Notes: a model not told the origin generated them from the sequence alone. DNA of 64,000 bases from Blastocatellia bacterium (GCA_035315885.1 DATFXM010000194.1:44825-108824); one strand, 5' to 3'. Numbered from the stretch's first letter, positions 29,122-39,679 are shown. Translations and numbers: made by a program.

Positions 29122-29401
29122 TGCGCTAAGAATACCCGATCAGCCCCTTTTGTTGCCAGTATTCAGTCCGCAATCCGTTATACACATCATTGGCCCACAG
29201 CACTCTCGGCAAGCGAACGCTCAATGAAGGCCAATCAACCGCGGAGTTCTCAGGGTACGTGGGTTGGACCTTAGCTCTGCCACAAAAAAGTGCAGCGGAG
29301 GGGCAACGCTCGGCAGGCACAAACGCATCCGGTAGTCGGAAGTTCCGTGTAATTCCGGTTCCCCGGAATACAGTTAATCGCGATCCCTGCGAGGTGTTTC
29401 A

Positions 29402-31180
29402 ATGAAAACCTGCGGCGAGTGCGGCTCCGAGTTCGATGAGCGGTATATTTTCTGTCCGGACGATGGTGCGCTCCTCGTCGAGCCTCAACTTGCGGCGGCC
29501 ACGCATGAGACGATCGCTCAGCCGGCGCCGCCTCCAATAAGCGAGACTCCCGCAGCTCCCCTGGTGCTCGTCTGCACCGCATGCCTTTCCGAATACCCGC
29601 CAACCTTCCACGTGGGCGGGCTGCGGGTGTGCCCACTGGACGAGGCGCCGCTGCTGTTACCCGCTGAAATGATCGAGGCGGCCCGCAAGGCCGAGGAACA
29701 ACTCAAGAACAAACAAGCACCGCCTAAGACCAAACAAACACCGTCGGTCTTTGGCAGAACCGAACAGTCGGTGGACCGCGAGACCGAACCTCAGCCTGCT
29801 GTTAGACCCCAATCTTTAGCCGCATCCACCGCATCAACCTCCACCGCGGCTAGCGCGACCGCGGCTACCTCCACCGCGGCTACCTCGACCGCGGCTACCT
29901 CGACCGCGTCTCCGTCCACCGCGGTTGCCTCCACGGCGGCTGCCTCCGCTGCGGTTACCTCTACGGCGGCTACCTCCACCGCGGCTACTTCGACCGCGGC
30001 TACCTCTATGGCCGCTGCCTCCGCCCCGGATAGCGCTCCAGCGTCAACTTCAGCCGGCGTTGAAGGGCCTCCGAACGCAGAAGAACCTACGCCCGCGTCT
30101 GTCCCCGCGTCTGCTGTGGATGAATCGCTCGTAGCAGAAGAGCCGATGCCTCTCGAGGAAGACCGTCCATCGCTCAGCGCTTATGAAGAATTACTTGAAT
30201 CGTTGGTCACTAACCAAAAGGAACCTCGAAGCTTTAGCATCGCCGGAGCCGTCACCGCTCTTTTGATCGTGGTGGCTGCGCTGGCAGCCGTAGCCACGAT
30301 CGTCGGCGCATTGCACCGGAGACCCTCCGCGAACGTAAGCACCTCGGTTCGGAAAGGCGAGCAGCTCGCCACCACGGTCACCGCGATCGCAGGCAAGGAA
30401 GCATCAGTCTTCGTCCCAACGCCGGATGCCGCGCTGAATTACACCGAAGTAGTTCCCGCCACTCCGAAAGACGTAGCACCAAGCGTTCAGAAAGAGCAGA
30501 TAGATCAACGCGCTCAGAAAGAGACGGATCAACGCGCTCAGAAAGAGCAGATAGATCAACGCGCTCAGAAAGAAAAAGATCAACGCGCCCAGAAAGAAAA
30601 AGAAGCAAGACCTTCGAGCGAAAAAGTGGACCGCCGGCACCGAGCTGATTCAGTTCCTCACAACGACACACGGGACGAGCGGAAGAGCGGTATCCCGGTC
30701 GTACGCATTGAACCGGGCCCACGACCTGAGCCTCGCATTTCACCCGCGGCCCCGCGAACCGAGCCGGTCGCTCGGGCCCCGCGCACCGAATCGGCAACCT
30801 TGCATAGGTCAGTCACTCCACAACCTGAGCTCCCTTCAGTATCGTCTCTCAGATCTCACCTGGTTCGCTCCGAAGCGAGCGAGAGACCCTGGGGAAAGCG
30901 TTACGAGCTCACATTCAACATCGACAACGATTCGAACCGGCAATCGTTCATTCGCACCCTCACCGTCGTCACCAGATCCCTCTCGGGCAACACAACTACG
31001 GAGACAATTCCTTTCTTGCACCGAATAGGCGGCTCCGGAACGCTGACCTTCACGGTTGGAGTCGACATGCGAGGACAGTCCCGCCAGGATCGGGCCGGTC
31101 TCGCATCGGTTCTGGTGAGTGGATACGACGGAGAGGGCAATCCGGTGCAGACCAGATTCGCCGCGCCGCTCAGGCCTTAG
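29402..31180 (+). CDS. Double zinc-ribbon membrane protein with two low-complexity repeat arrays (TSTAA-type and QKEQIDQRAQKE-type)
   Basis: CGECG..CPDDG and CTAC..CPLDE ribbons; (A/T)STAA repeats; TM segment IAGAVTALLIVVAALAAVATIVGAL; 4x QKEQIDQRAQKE; a ~150-aa C-terminal domain. Divergent from the PilN-like operon. Confidence 0.65.
   Translation: MKTCGECGSEFDERYIFCPDDGALLVEPQLAAATHETIAQPAPPPISETPAAPLVLVCTACLSEYPPTFHVGGLRVCPLDEAPLLLPAEMIEAARKAEEQLKNKQAPPKTKQTPSVFGRTEQSVDRETEPQPAVRPQSLAASTASTSTAASATAATSTAATSTAATSTASPSTAVASTAAASAAVTSTAATSTAATSTAATSMAAASAPDSAPASTSAGVEGPPNAEEPTPASVPASAVDESLVAEEPMPLEEDRPSLSAYEELLESLVTNQKEPRSFSIAGAVTALLIVVAALAAVATIVGALHRRPSANVSTSVRKGEQLATTVTAIAGKEASVFVPTPDAALNYTEVVPATPKDVAPSVQKEQIDQRAQKETDQRAQKEQIDQRAQKEKDQRAQKEKEARPSSEKVDRRHRADSVPHNDTRDERKSGIPVVRIEPGPRPEPRISPAAPRTEPVARAPRTESATLHRSVTPQPELPSVSSLRSHLVRSEASERPWGKRYELTFNIDNDSNRQSFIRTLTVVTRSLSGNTTTETIPFLHRIGGSGTLTFTVGVDMRGQSRQDRAGLASVLVSGYDGEGNPVQTRFAAPLRP
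29824..30010 (+). repeat. Intragenic 18-bp tandem repeat array (ACCGCGGCTACCTCGACC x ~10) encoding STAATSTAA...
   Basis: Direct reading; in-frame repeats inside the zinc-ribbon protein. Confidence 0.75.
30478..30606 (+). repeat. Intragenic 30-bp tandem repeats (CAGAAAGAGCAGATAGATCAACGCGCT x4, degenerate) encoding QKEQIDQRAQKE
   Basis: Direct reading. Confidence 0.75.
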
Positions 31181-31433
31181 CCGAATCCAATCCCACTTTC
31201 AGGCACCACCGTGAAACCCCGGTCAAGGGCGTCTGGGCAACCTTCAAGAATCCGGGCCAGGTTACAAGCGTCTTCTGGTGCAACTGTTAAAGTGAAACCT
31301 TAACCGGCAGGCGCCCTTCAACTAAATCGCTATCGATCAGCAATTGACGCGTGGGTGTTGAGAAACACGCGGATGTTTAGGAAAGGGTTGCGTCGCATTT
31401 CAAGGCGCCAGGAGGAAGTTGCTCGATCGCCTA

Positions 31434-32540
31434 TCACGCCTTGTAGAACGGCAAGCTCACCACGGTTGCGGGCAATCGACTCTGCTCCGAATCGATCTCT
31501 ACTTCTGTTCCCACGTCAAACGCTCCGTACTTCAAATAGGCGAGCGCGATCGTGCGACCCAGTGAATAAGATCTCGTCGAGCTGGTGACGTGACCGATCG
31601 GTTTTCCGTCGCTCAAAACCCGATCACCGTGCCTGGGCAGGACATCACTTTCGAGCGTAAGACCTGAGATGCTCTTGCTGACGTGGCCCCGGTAGGTAGC
31701 CATTGCCACGGCTTCCTGGCCCTTATAGCAACCCTTGGTAAAGCTGACTGCTTCGCTCAAGCCGGTCTCGAGCATCATGTTGTTCTCGTCCACATCCGCA
31801 CCGTAGACAAGCTGTCCCGCCTCGATGCGCAGAACCTCGAACGCCTCGTGACCCACCGCCCGAATAGAATGGAAACCGCCCTTCAACAGGATGAACTCCC
31901 AGACGTCGCGCAGCACTCCTTCTGGTATGAGAAGATCGTATCCGTCTTCACCGGTCCTCGACCTTCGAACCACAATTACCTGCTGTCCAGCAATCGTTGA
32001 TGAGGTCCAATGCAGCTCGGCCAAATCGGGAAGCGGCTCGAAGCAGGCCTCTTTCAGCACGTTCCTCGCCTTCGGACCTTGAACCGAGAGGATTCGATGC
32101 CGCGCCGAAACGTCTTCAACCTTGAAATCGCCGGCGTATGAAAACGGAAAAACATAGTTGAACACTTTTTCGTGAGTCTGCGGCTCGTTCACTATGAGGT
32201 AACCGTCCCCGAGACCCAACATCGCACAGAGCGCTTTCACCTTGCCGTGCTCGGTGAGAAACCCGGCCAGCACACCGTTAGCCCTGCCAACCGTCTTGGC
32301 ATCGTTGGTGATCAGGCCGTTTAGGAACTGCGGCGCTTCGGAGCCGCCGATGCCAATCACGCCGCAATAGCTGAGGTCAATCAATCCGGCGTCGGAGCGA
32401 ACGGCTGAGTGCTCTGCTCGAACGTCGCTAAAGACCGCCGGCATTTCCCACCCGAGCCATTCGCCAAAGGTGGCGCCTGCGGCTTGCTGAACCTCGTGCA
32501 GTGGCGTTCTTTTGTTTTGGGCTTGATTTGCTTCAGTCAT
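31434..32540 (-). CDS. YgfZ/GcvT-like folate-binding protein (COG0354 family)
   Basis: Aminomethyltransferase fold plus the family hallmark KGCYKGQE. Start trimmed to MTEANQAQNK (32540). Confidence 0.75.
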   Translation of the reverse strand: MTEANQAQNKRTPLHEVQQAAGATFGEWLGWEMPAVFSDVRAEHSAVRSDAGLIDLSYCGVIGIGGSEAPQFLNGLITNDAKTVGRANGVLAGFLTEHGKVKALCAMLGLGDGYLIVNEPQTHEKVFNYVFPFSYAGDFKVEDVSARHRILSVQGPKARNVLKEACFEPLPDLAELHWTSSTIAGQQVIVVRRSRTGEDGYDLLIPEGVLRDVWEFILLKGGFHSIRAVGHEAFEVLRIEAGQLVYGADVDENNMMLETGLSEAVSFTKGCYKGQEAVAMATYRGHVSKSISGLTLESDVLPRHGDRVLSDGKPIGHVTSSTRSYSLGRTIALAYLKYGAFDVGTEVEIDSEQSRLPATVVSLPFYKA

Positions 32541-33023
32541 GTTCTCCTCCCATATGGGCTTGAGCGCGATCAACTCGTTCAATCTCGAAAGCACAGCACT
32601 TCGGCCACTGAAAGCAGAACTTGAAGTGTCGGGCTGTCGACAGTTCAAGTACCACCTTACACTTCATCAGCTCATAAACGAGCTCATTGTCTTCGGTCGA
32701 ACTCATTCTATCCGACTCGAAATGCCGAACGCCACAATAGCAGATGCTAGACGCTGCCCTGGTTTGTTTTTGACCTATTGAATCGGTGCGGTGCCTCTAT
32801 CAACCGACAGCCGAGCCAGGGTTCACGCAAGGAGCGTGAGGTTATTGAGCTCTCCAAGCTTTGCGAGTCGTTTGCCCTCTATGCGTGAAACACGTCTCTT
32901 GCTTGTCGCGAATCTCAGGGACAGCGCTAATTCACTCGGTCGCAACTAAACCAGGACAACGATTCTTATCGAGAACATCGCTATAACACCGTCATCGTAC
33001 TAGCACCGACACCTGCAGCTGAG

Positions 33024-33029
33024 TATAAT
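33024..33029 (+). promoter_or_regulatory. Candidate -10 box (TATAAT) ~95 nt upstream of the membrane-protein gene, followed by a 9-bp hairpin (GGTGTTCAG..CTGAAC(C)ACC) in the leader
   Basis: Perfect TATAAT hexamer; weak -35. Sits in an unusually long (583-bp) divergent intergenic region. Confidence 0.25.
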
Positions 33030-33123
33030 GACGCGTTCACGCGTCGCGGGTGTTCAGTATTACCCGGCTGAACCACCATTCTTTGAAGGCGCCCGTCAGG
33101 GTAAAAACCAAAAGGAGAACGTC

Positions 33124-33921
33124 ATGACCGATCTGAGTGGTTTCTTGGACCCTCTCTTTCGTTGGCTGCACGTTTTTGCTGGTATCACATGGATTGGGCT
33201 GCTTTATTTCTTCAACTTCGTCAACGGGCCGTTCGCCGCAACGCTCGACGCCGATTCAAAAAAGAAAGTGGTGCCCGAGCTGATGCCTCGCGCCCTCTTC
33301 TGGTTTCGATGGGGCGCGGCTTACACGTGGATCACGGGCATTCTCCTGCTCGGCATAGTCTTCTACAGCAAGACGGGCACCTTCCTCGGGGATCCCGGCC
33401 GGTCGTGGGGGCCCGGAACTATCGTGATGGTCGCCGTCACCTTCCTTACAGTTTTCCTTTATGATGCAGTAGCAAAGTCCGGGGCGGGAAAGAACATAAA
33501 GACCCTGGCCATCATCGGATTTATCTTCGTCGCCATCGCCCTCTACCTCATGAGGAGCTGGGCGCATTTCGAATATCGCTCCTATCTCATCCACATCGGC
33601 GCGATGTTTGGAACCATCATGGCCTTCAATGTCTGGTTCAGGATTTGGCCAAATCAAAAGAAGATCATCACCGCGGTGAAGAACGGCGAGGCTCCGGACG
33701 CCGGCGTCGTTGCGACCGCCGGCGCGCGCTCGCGACACAATACCTACCTCTCACTCCCGCTGATCTGGGCGATGCTGAACTTCCATACCACCTACTTCGC
33801 CGGCGGGAATCTCGGGATTCCGGGAGAGTGGGCCTGGACCACCATGCTGGTGATCATCCTCCTCGGGTGGCATATCATCTGGCAATGCTACAAGCGCGCG
33901 GGCAAAGTGAAGGGTTTCTAA
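33124..33921 (+). CDS. Polytopic membrane protein (CopD/DUF-like, ~7 TM)
   Basis: AAGGAG RBS 7 nt upstream of ATG at 33124; hydrophobic helices throughout. The ORF-track N-terminal extension was rejected. Confidence 0.65.
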   Translation: MTDLSGFLDPLFRWLHVFAGITWIGLLYFFNFVNGPFAATLDADSKKKVVPELMPRALFWFRWGAAYTWITGILLLGIVFYSKTGTFLGDPGRSWGPGTIVMVAVTFLTVFLYDAVAKSGAGKNIKTLAIIGFIFVAIALYLMRSWAHFEYRSYLIHIGAMFGTIMAFNVWFRIWPNQKKIITAVKNGEAPDAGVVATAGARSRHNTYLSLPLIWAMLNFHTTYFAGGNLGIPGEWAWTTMLVIILLGWHIIWQCYKRAGKVKGF

Positions 33922-34095
33922 CAACCGCCGCTCGGGCTCCCTTCTAATAGGAAGGTGGCAAGCGGCCGACGGTCGTCTTGCTGCCGATAAGTCAGTCGGG
34001 GCGACACTGCACAAGAGGCAGTGCCGCCCCAAAGGCGACGAGATTAACAGAGTCAAGTGCGCGGCACCGGACAGCCCGCGGCAAGAACCTTTTTG

Positions 34096-34422
34096 CTAGA
34101 CGGAGAAGGAGCTTCCACAACCGCAGGAGCCAGTCGCATTCGGATTGCTGAAAGTGAATCCGGAGCCCATCACTGAGTTCACATAGTCAACCTGAACTCC
34201 ATCCAGATACTGCTTCGAAAACATGTCGACGAATACCCGCAGCCCGTCCTGATCCAGGATCTCGTCGCCCTGACGAGGCGCGTCCTCGATCTGCATCGAA
34301 TAAGAGAAGCCGCTGCAACCGCCAGGCACTACGCGGATTCGAAGTCCTGCTTCGGATCCAGCACTCTCCGTTTCCATGAATTTCTTGACTTCAGTAAGCG
34401 CCGTCTGTGTCAATGTGAGCAT
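34096..34422 (-). CDS. erpA: A-type iron-sulfur cluster carrier (ErpA/IscA, HesB family)
   Basis: 108 aa; C..(n)..CGCGSSF conserved Cys triad. Confidence 0.85.
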   Translation of the reverse strand: MLTLTQTALTEVKKFMETESAGSEAGLRIRVVPGGCSGFSYSMQIEDAPRQGDEILDQDGLRVFVDMFSKQYLDGVQVDYVNSVMGSGFTFSNPNATGSCGCGSSFSV

Positions 34423-34461
34423 GCTCAGTTTCTTCCTTTCTCCATCTGTCTATTATTCGGA

Positions 34462-35565
34462 TTAGACAGCAAAGCGATCGCCGCGGCTGTCTCCCATATC
34501 AAGCACCGGCAACCCGCCAGTCGTGAGCGATAAAACGCTCAAACGGATGGCCACGTTGTCGGCAATCTCCCTGAATGCCTTAGCCTGCGCTCCTTCTGGA
34601 TTCGAGACCACAATCGGCACTCCCAAGTCTCCTCCCTCGCGAACCTCGATCGATAGCGGCACGCGACCCAGGAGCGTCGTGTTGAACTTCTCCGCAAGCC
34701 TCTGACCGCCGCCTGCACCAAAGATATCATGCCGCGTCGAACAATTCTCGCAGATAAAGTAACTCATGTTCTCGACAATCCCAAGGACCGGAATCCTTAC
34801 CTGCTCGAACATGTTGAACGCCTTGCGCACGTCTGCCAGCGATACTTCCTGAGGAGTAGTCACCAGCACCGCTCCCTGCACCGGAACGAGCTGCGCAAGG
34901 CTTAGCTGCGCATCTCCAGTCCCGGGCGGCATATCAACAATCAAAAAATCCAGCTCGCCCCATTCGACGTCGTAGAGAAACTGTCTCACAGCGGTGTGAA
35001 GCATCGGGCCTCGCCACACTACCGGACGGTCACCCGGGTTCAAAAACCCGAGCGACATCACACGCACACCATGAGCCTGATGTGGCAAAAGCCTCTGACC
35101 CGAAACCTTCGGCTCCGAATTGACTCCAACCATAATCGGGACATTAGGCCCGTACACGTCGGTATCGAGCAATCCAACTCGCGCACCATACCTGGACAAC
35201 GACACTGCTAGATTCACTGCAACCGTGGACTTCCCTACTCCGCCCTTACCCGAGCTGACTGCAACAATGTTGTTGACGCCCGGAACCGACTGCTTCTCCA
35301 GGTTGGGTTGAACGCGCGGCACAACCCATCCGACGCGCACAATGACGTTCTTGACGCCCGGCACACTGCGCACCAACTCTTCAGCCTTGCGCTCGAGGTC
35401 CAGTTGCGACTCGGTTCCAGGCGAAATCGAATCCAGCGCTATTACTACAAAACCATCCTTTACCGAGACGTCGCGCACCAGATCTAATGACACCACATCG
35501 CGCCCGGCAAACGGGTCAATCAACTGCCGAAGCGCCTCAATGATGTCGTTGCGAGTAGGTTCCAT
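34462..35565 (-). CDS. apbC: Fe-S cluster carrier ATPase Mrp/ApbC with N-terminal MIP18/DUF59 domain
   Basis: DUF59 N-domain; Walker A SGKGGVGKST; CxxC (ICENCS). Confidence 0.9.
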   Translation of the reverse strand: MEPTRNDIIEALRQLIDPFAGRDVVSLDLVRDVSVKDGFVVIALDSISPGTESQLDLERKAEELVRSVPGVKNVIVRVGWVVPRVQPNLEKQSVPGVNNIVAVSSGKGGVGKSTVAVNLAVSLSRYGARVGLLDTDVYGPNVPIMVGVNSEPKVSGQRLLPHQAHGVRVMSLGFLNPGDRPVVWRGPMLHTAVRQFLYDVEWGELDFLIVDMPPGTGDAQLSLAQLVPVQGAVLVTTPQEVSLADVRKAFNMFEQVRIPVLGIVENMSYFICENCSTRHDIFGAGGGQRLAEKFNTTLLGRVPLSIEVREGGDLGVPIVVSNPEGAQAKAFREIADNVAIRLSVLSLTTGGLPVLDMGDSRGDRFAV

Positions 35566-35832
35566 CTGGACGGTACTCTAAATGGCTTTCTATGCACTAA
35601 GCGTCATTCAATACTAGACAGCGAGAAAGTTGATTGTCAACTTTAGCGTTCCCGGCGATGTCTTGATTTGATTGAGAGCGATTGAATGAGTTGGCGCTCT
35701 TCCCGATATGCGCGATTAGGTAAGTCGGGTTTGATGCAACGAGCGCAAAGGTTCGCAAAGGCCGTAATGTTGACTCAGCCCCGGAGGAACCTCGCGTTTG
35801 GACCCCACACTGGGTTAAAACAGACGGTGATC

Positions 35833-36138
35833 ATGGAAGAGAACTCTGAAGCAAAAGAAGTGGAGTACCTGCAGCGAGTCGTCAAGGAACTTGGGCGCTA
35901 TGAGCACCCGCTCTTCAAATGGGAAGCGTGCTCGGTCCCCTCAGGCATCCAGGTGACGGTCAGCCTCAAGCAAGAGGTCTCGGATGTCGGCACATACCGG
36001 TTTGTACTCAAGCCTCGTGAGCTCGAAGCGAGAGCCTTTCAGTGGGACTTTCAACGAATGCTCTACAACTACCTTCACGATTATCTCGTTGAGATGTTCA
36101 CTCGCAGTCCGCAGATAACCGATCTGACAGTCACTTGA
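35833..36138 (+). CDS. Hypothetical protein (~101 aa)
   Basis: ORF starting at MEENSEAKE. No motifs. Confidence 0.35.
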   Translation: MEENSEAKEVEYLQRVVKELGRYEHPLFKWEACSVPSGIQVTVSLKQEVSDVGTYRFVLKPRELEARAFQWDFQRMLYNYLHDYLVEMFTRSPQITDLTVT

Positions 36139-36191
36139 GCCCTCGTGATCTAGCCCGAGCTGAGTGCACCGGTGCTGACCTGATAAACCCG

Positions 36192-37070
36192 CTAACCTCG
36201 TGGGTGAAACTGTTTGTGAATCTCTGCCAGCCGTTCGCTGGTGACATGAGTGTAAATCTGAGTGGTGGCGATATCGCTGTGACCCAACAACACCTGAACT
36301 GACCTCAAGTCCGCCTCGTTCTCGAGTAGATGCGTCGCGAAGCTGTGCCTCAGCATGTGCGGCGAAACGCGGCCCAGCCCGGCCTTCTTTGCATGTCCGC
36401 TCGTCAGACTCCAAACGCCCTGTCGAGTAAGCGCCTGCCCGTTCGAATCGATAAACAGGAGCCGGCTCGACTTTCCAGCCAGCAGTCTTGCGCGCGCCGG
36501 CATATAACGCTCGATCCAGGAAACTGCGGACCGGTTGAGAGGAACCGTGCGCTCCTTGCCGCCTTTTCCGAAGACCAGTGCGTAACCAAGGTCCAGATTC
36601 AGGTCTGAAGCGCGGAGCGAAACCAGCTCTGACACCCTGATGCCGGTTGCGTAAAGAGTTTCGAGCAAGGCTCGGTCTCTGATCCCGGTGTCGAGAGTAA
36701 CATCGGGAGCTTCTAGTAGTTTCTCAACTTCATCGGAAGCCAGGAATTTGGGAAGCCGCTTCCAGTGTCGCGCCAGGTCTATGTCCAAACCGGGATCTCT
36801 TTCGATGTGACCATCCAGCAGCAGGAATTTGAAGAAACCTCTTACCGCTACGAGTGTTCTCGCGATGCTCCGGTCGCTGAGACCCCGCGCTCTGAGCGAA
36901 CCGAGAAAATCCACCAGGTCGGACCGATGGAAATCGGCCGCCGCCACGTTGTTGTCCGAGGCAAATCGGATCAGCTTTTCGAGATCTCGAGTGTAGGCTT
37001 GTGCAGTGTTTTGGGAGAGGCCCTTTTCGACCCGCAGATACTCAATGAACCTGGATACGTGTTCCTTCAC
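36192..37070 (-). CDS. xerD: Tyrosine site-specific recombinase XerD-like
   Basis: R..HxxR..Y catalytic residues; C-terminal LLGHSDIATTQIYTHV closest to XerD consensus. Confidence 0.8.
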   Translation of the reverse strand: MKEHVSRFIEYLRVEKGLSQNTAQAYTRDLEKLIRFASDNNVAAADFHRSDLVDFLGSLRARGLSDRSIARTLVAVRGFFKFLLLDGHIERDPGLDIDLARHWKRLPKFLASDEVEKLLEAPDVTLDTGIRDRALLETLYATGIRVSELVSLRASDLNLDLGYALVFGKGGKERTVPLNRSAVSWIERYMPARARLLAGKSSRLLFIDSNGQALTRQGVWSLTSGHAKKAGLGRVSPHMLRHSFATHLLENEADLRSVQVLLGHSDIATTQIYTHVTSERLAEIHKQFHPRG

Positions 37071-37241
37071 CGTACTCTCTCACTGTGCTCGGGTTGACGC
37101 TGCTACCGGGGCTTTGACATATTCTAGGTCATTTTTCATGTCAATTGAAAAGAAAAAGCGCACAGGCACGTTCCAAGCTGAGGTCGGGGACGCTGTGCGT
37201 TGCTTCTCATTCAAAGTGGCGCCCCGAGAGTTATATCGACA

Positions 37242-38285
37242 ATGAAACTGCGCGAGCTAGCTGATTCGCTTTCCTGTGAGCTGGATGGGGACGGTGAGAT
37301 TGACATCACCGGCGTAAGTACGCTCGAAGCGGCGGTCGAAGGCCAACTGAGCTTCCTTACAAACCCGAAATACCGCGCCGATGCAGAAGTGACGAAAGCC
37401 TCTGCCCTGATCGTGCCGCGAGACGCTCCGTCGATGGGGCGAGCGCTACTTCGATGCAGCAACGCTTACCTCACTTTCGCCAGGGCCCTCGAGATATTCA
37501 ATCCGAGAGTTCGAGCCAAACCCGGAACGCACTCCACGGCGTGGATAGATCGGACGGCTCGGATAGCCGGCGATGTATCAATCGGGGCATTCAGTTTTGT
37601 CGGGGCCAACGTAGTAATCGAATCCGGAACTGAAGTGCGCGTACGGTGCGTTATCGAATCCGGAGCTAGAATAGGGCGAAACTGCATCCTGCACTCGGGG
37701 TCAGTGATTCGGGAAGGGGTTCAGATCGGCGCGGACTGCATAATTCAAAACAACGCGGTGATCGGGTCAGACGGTTTTGGGTACGCCAGGACCGACGAGG
37801 GCGCCTGGTATCGCATCCCGCAAACTGGTGTCGTCGTGTTGGAGGACGGAGTGGACGTCGGCGCCTGTGCGGCGATTGACAGGGCGACACTGGGCGAGAC
37901 ACGCGTGGCAACCGGAACGCGAATAGACAATCAGGTTCATATCGGCCACGGTTGCCAGGTCGGTCCAGACAATCTGCTTTGCGCGCAGGTTGGGCTCGCC
38001 GGTTCTACGAGGACCGGCGCTCGTGTAATTCTCGCAGGCCAGGTCGGTGCTGCCGGGCATTTGGAGATTGGCGAAGGCGTGATCGCAACGGCGCAAACCG
38101 GAATCCCCTCTTCGATCGAGCCGGGCCGGCACGTTTCGGGAAGCCCGGCGGTGGATCACAAGGTCTGGCTCAAGGTGTCGGCCGCGTACTCGCGGATCCC
38201 CGACCTGATCCGCAGCGTGCGCGAGCTCGAACGGCGAGTCCAACATCTCGCAACACTTGTCGACGGCAAAGGGAAACAATTTTAG
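37242..38285 (+). CDS. lpxD: UDP-3-O-acylglucosamine N-acyltransferase
   Basis: N-terminal LpxD domain then left-handed beta-helix hexapeptide repeats. Confidence 0.85.
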   Translation: MKLRELADSLSCELDGDGEIDITGVSTLEAAVEGQLSFLTNPKYRADAEVTKASALIVPRDAPSMGRALLRCSNAYLTFARALEIFNPRVRAKPGTHSTAWIDRTARIAGDVSIGAFSFVGANVVIESGTEVRVRCVIESGARIGRNCILHSGSVIREGVQIGADCIIQNNAVIGSDGFGYARTDEGAWYRIPQTGVVVLEDGVDVGACAAIDRATLGETRVATGTRIDNQVHIGHGCQVGPDNLLCAQVGLAGSTRTGARVILAGQVGAAGHLEIGEGVIATAQTGIPSSIEPGRHVSGSPAVDHKVWLKVSAAYSRIPDLIRSVRELERRVQHLATLVDGKGKQF

Positions 38286-38321
38286 CAATTATAATCAGAG
38301 ACATAGCGGAGTATTCCTAAG

Positions 38322-38855
38322 GTGAAAATTGAGATTGCCTCAAGTAATAGTTTTAAGAATCTACGCGAGATGCTGGATCGTTCGGTGGCGGTCTTGCCCG
38401 CAGAGCATCTCGTCGGGCTTGAGAAGATTGTAGTGGTGGACGCGGTGACGGAGCCGCGTTTGTCGGCTGCGCAGAGGTCTACTCTTCCCGCTCTTTATCA
38501 TCCCAAGATGCCAGGTCAGCGAGCGTGGGGGGAGATCGCGATGGACGTGGTCGCGCCCAAGAAGAGATTCCCCAAGAACCTGCTGACGCGATTGACCCTG
38601 AAGGCGAGCCTTGCGCAGGTAGTGATCTCGCTGGTGGCACAGCATCATTGTCTGACGCTTTCGAAGGGGATCAAGAAGGGTCAGTTTGAGACCGCGTGCC
38701 GATTATACGTTGAGAAGCACTTCGATACGTGGCGCGAGCGCGAAGGCGGGCTGCGCGCGAAGCTATTCAAACCATTCAAACCCTATCTGGACAAATTCGC
38801 TAAGAAGCTGGCGAAGAAGTATCGCGAGGAAGCGGCGAAACGTCCTTCAAAGTAA
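38322..38855 (+). CDS. Hypothetical protein (177 aa, Lys-rich C-terminus), GTG start
   Basis: ORF only. Confidence 0.4.
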   Translation: MKIEIASSNSFKNLREMLDRSVAVLPAEHLVGLEKIVVVDAVTEPRLSAAQRSTLPALYHPKMPGQRAWGEIAMDVVAPKKRFPKNLLTRLTLKASLAQVVISLVAQHHCLTLSKGIKKGQFETACRLYVEKHFDTWREREGGLRAKLFKPFKPYLDKFAKKLAKKYREEAAKRPSK

Positions 38856-38860
38856 TTGTA

Positions 38861-39679
38861 TTAATCGTCAATGGAGTTGAGGACGTTCTCAAGGGTTTCC
38901 TTCAGCTCTGCCTTGGAGACGTGGGCCTTCCGAAACTTCAGGGTGAGAGACCAGGATTGAGTTGGCGGGCTGTATCTGAATGTATAACCTTCGGGACGAT
39001 CCTGACGGCCGCTTCGAAGCTTTCTAGCGTCATCGCGATTCAAGCCTCTGCTCTGCACGCTGTCAATGAATCCTCGCATCTCCTCTTCAGTAGGTTGACG
39101 CACAACTTGCAACAGCATCGACTTCGAACTTATGTCGGCACGCCGACATAGATCTCGTATGTCATGCGGAAGCGTAGCGAGCGACATCGACTCAGTGATC
39201 GAGCTTCGAGATTTGCCGATTCGCTTTGCCATCTCTTCGTGCGTATAGCCGAAGCGCTCGGCGAGAGTTCTCAGTCCATCCGCTTCCTCGAACGCAGTGA
39301 GATCCTTGCGTTGAAGGTTCTCGATCAACGCGATCTCTGCCACCGCGCGATCGTCGACGTTCATCTCGATACACGGCACCTCCTTCAATCCAGCCTGCAG
39401 ACTCGCTCGATATCTCCGCTCGCCGCTGATGATCATGAAGCGACCGCCGACTTCACTTGGTCTCACCAGCAACGGTTCGAGAACTCCTTTCTCCCTGATG
39501 GAAGCTACCAGCTCCTCCAGGTCCCCTAGCTCCATTCTCGGCTGCTCGGGATTAGGCTCAAGCTTCTCGATCGGAATCATCCGTCCGATGTATTCGCCAG
39601 ACGTCCTGCCCGCGAGTTGTTCCACGTAGTGAGCGTCGTGACGCAGTTTGAAATTGTTCGGCAGTCCCCTCTTAGACAC
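38861..39679 (-). CDS. parB: Chromosome partitioning protein ParB
   Basis: ParB box GERRYRA; HTH; 272 aa. Confidence 0.9.
   Translation of the reverse strand: MSKRGLPNNFKLRHDAHYVEQLAGRTSGEYIGRMIPIEKLEPNPEQPRMELGDLEELVASIREKGVLEPLLVRPSEVGGRFMIISGERRYRASLQAGLKEVPCIEMNVDDRAVAEIALIENLQRKDLTAFEEADGLRTLAERFGYTHEEMAKRIGKSRSSITESMSLATLPHDIRDLCRRADISSKSMLLQVVRQPTEEEMRGFIDSVQSRGLNRDDARKLRSGRQDRPEGYTFRYSPPTQSWSLTLKFRKAHVSKAELKETLENVLNSIDD

Noticed and set aside
36192-37070. XerD-like recombinase as marker of an integrated mobile element
   Set aside because: It is a single tyrosine recombinase with XerD-type C-terminal motif amid housekeeping genes (lpxD, parAB). No flanking tRNA, direct repeats or phage or plasmid cargo, so it is most likely the chromosomal dimer-resolution recombinase.
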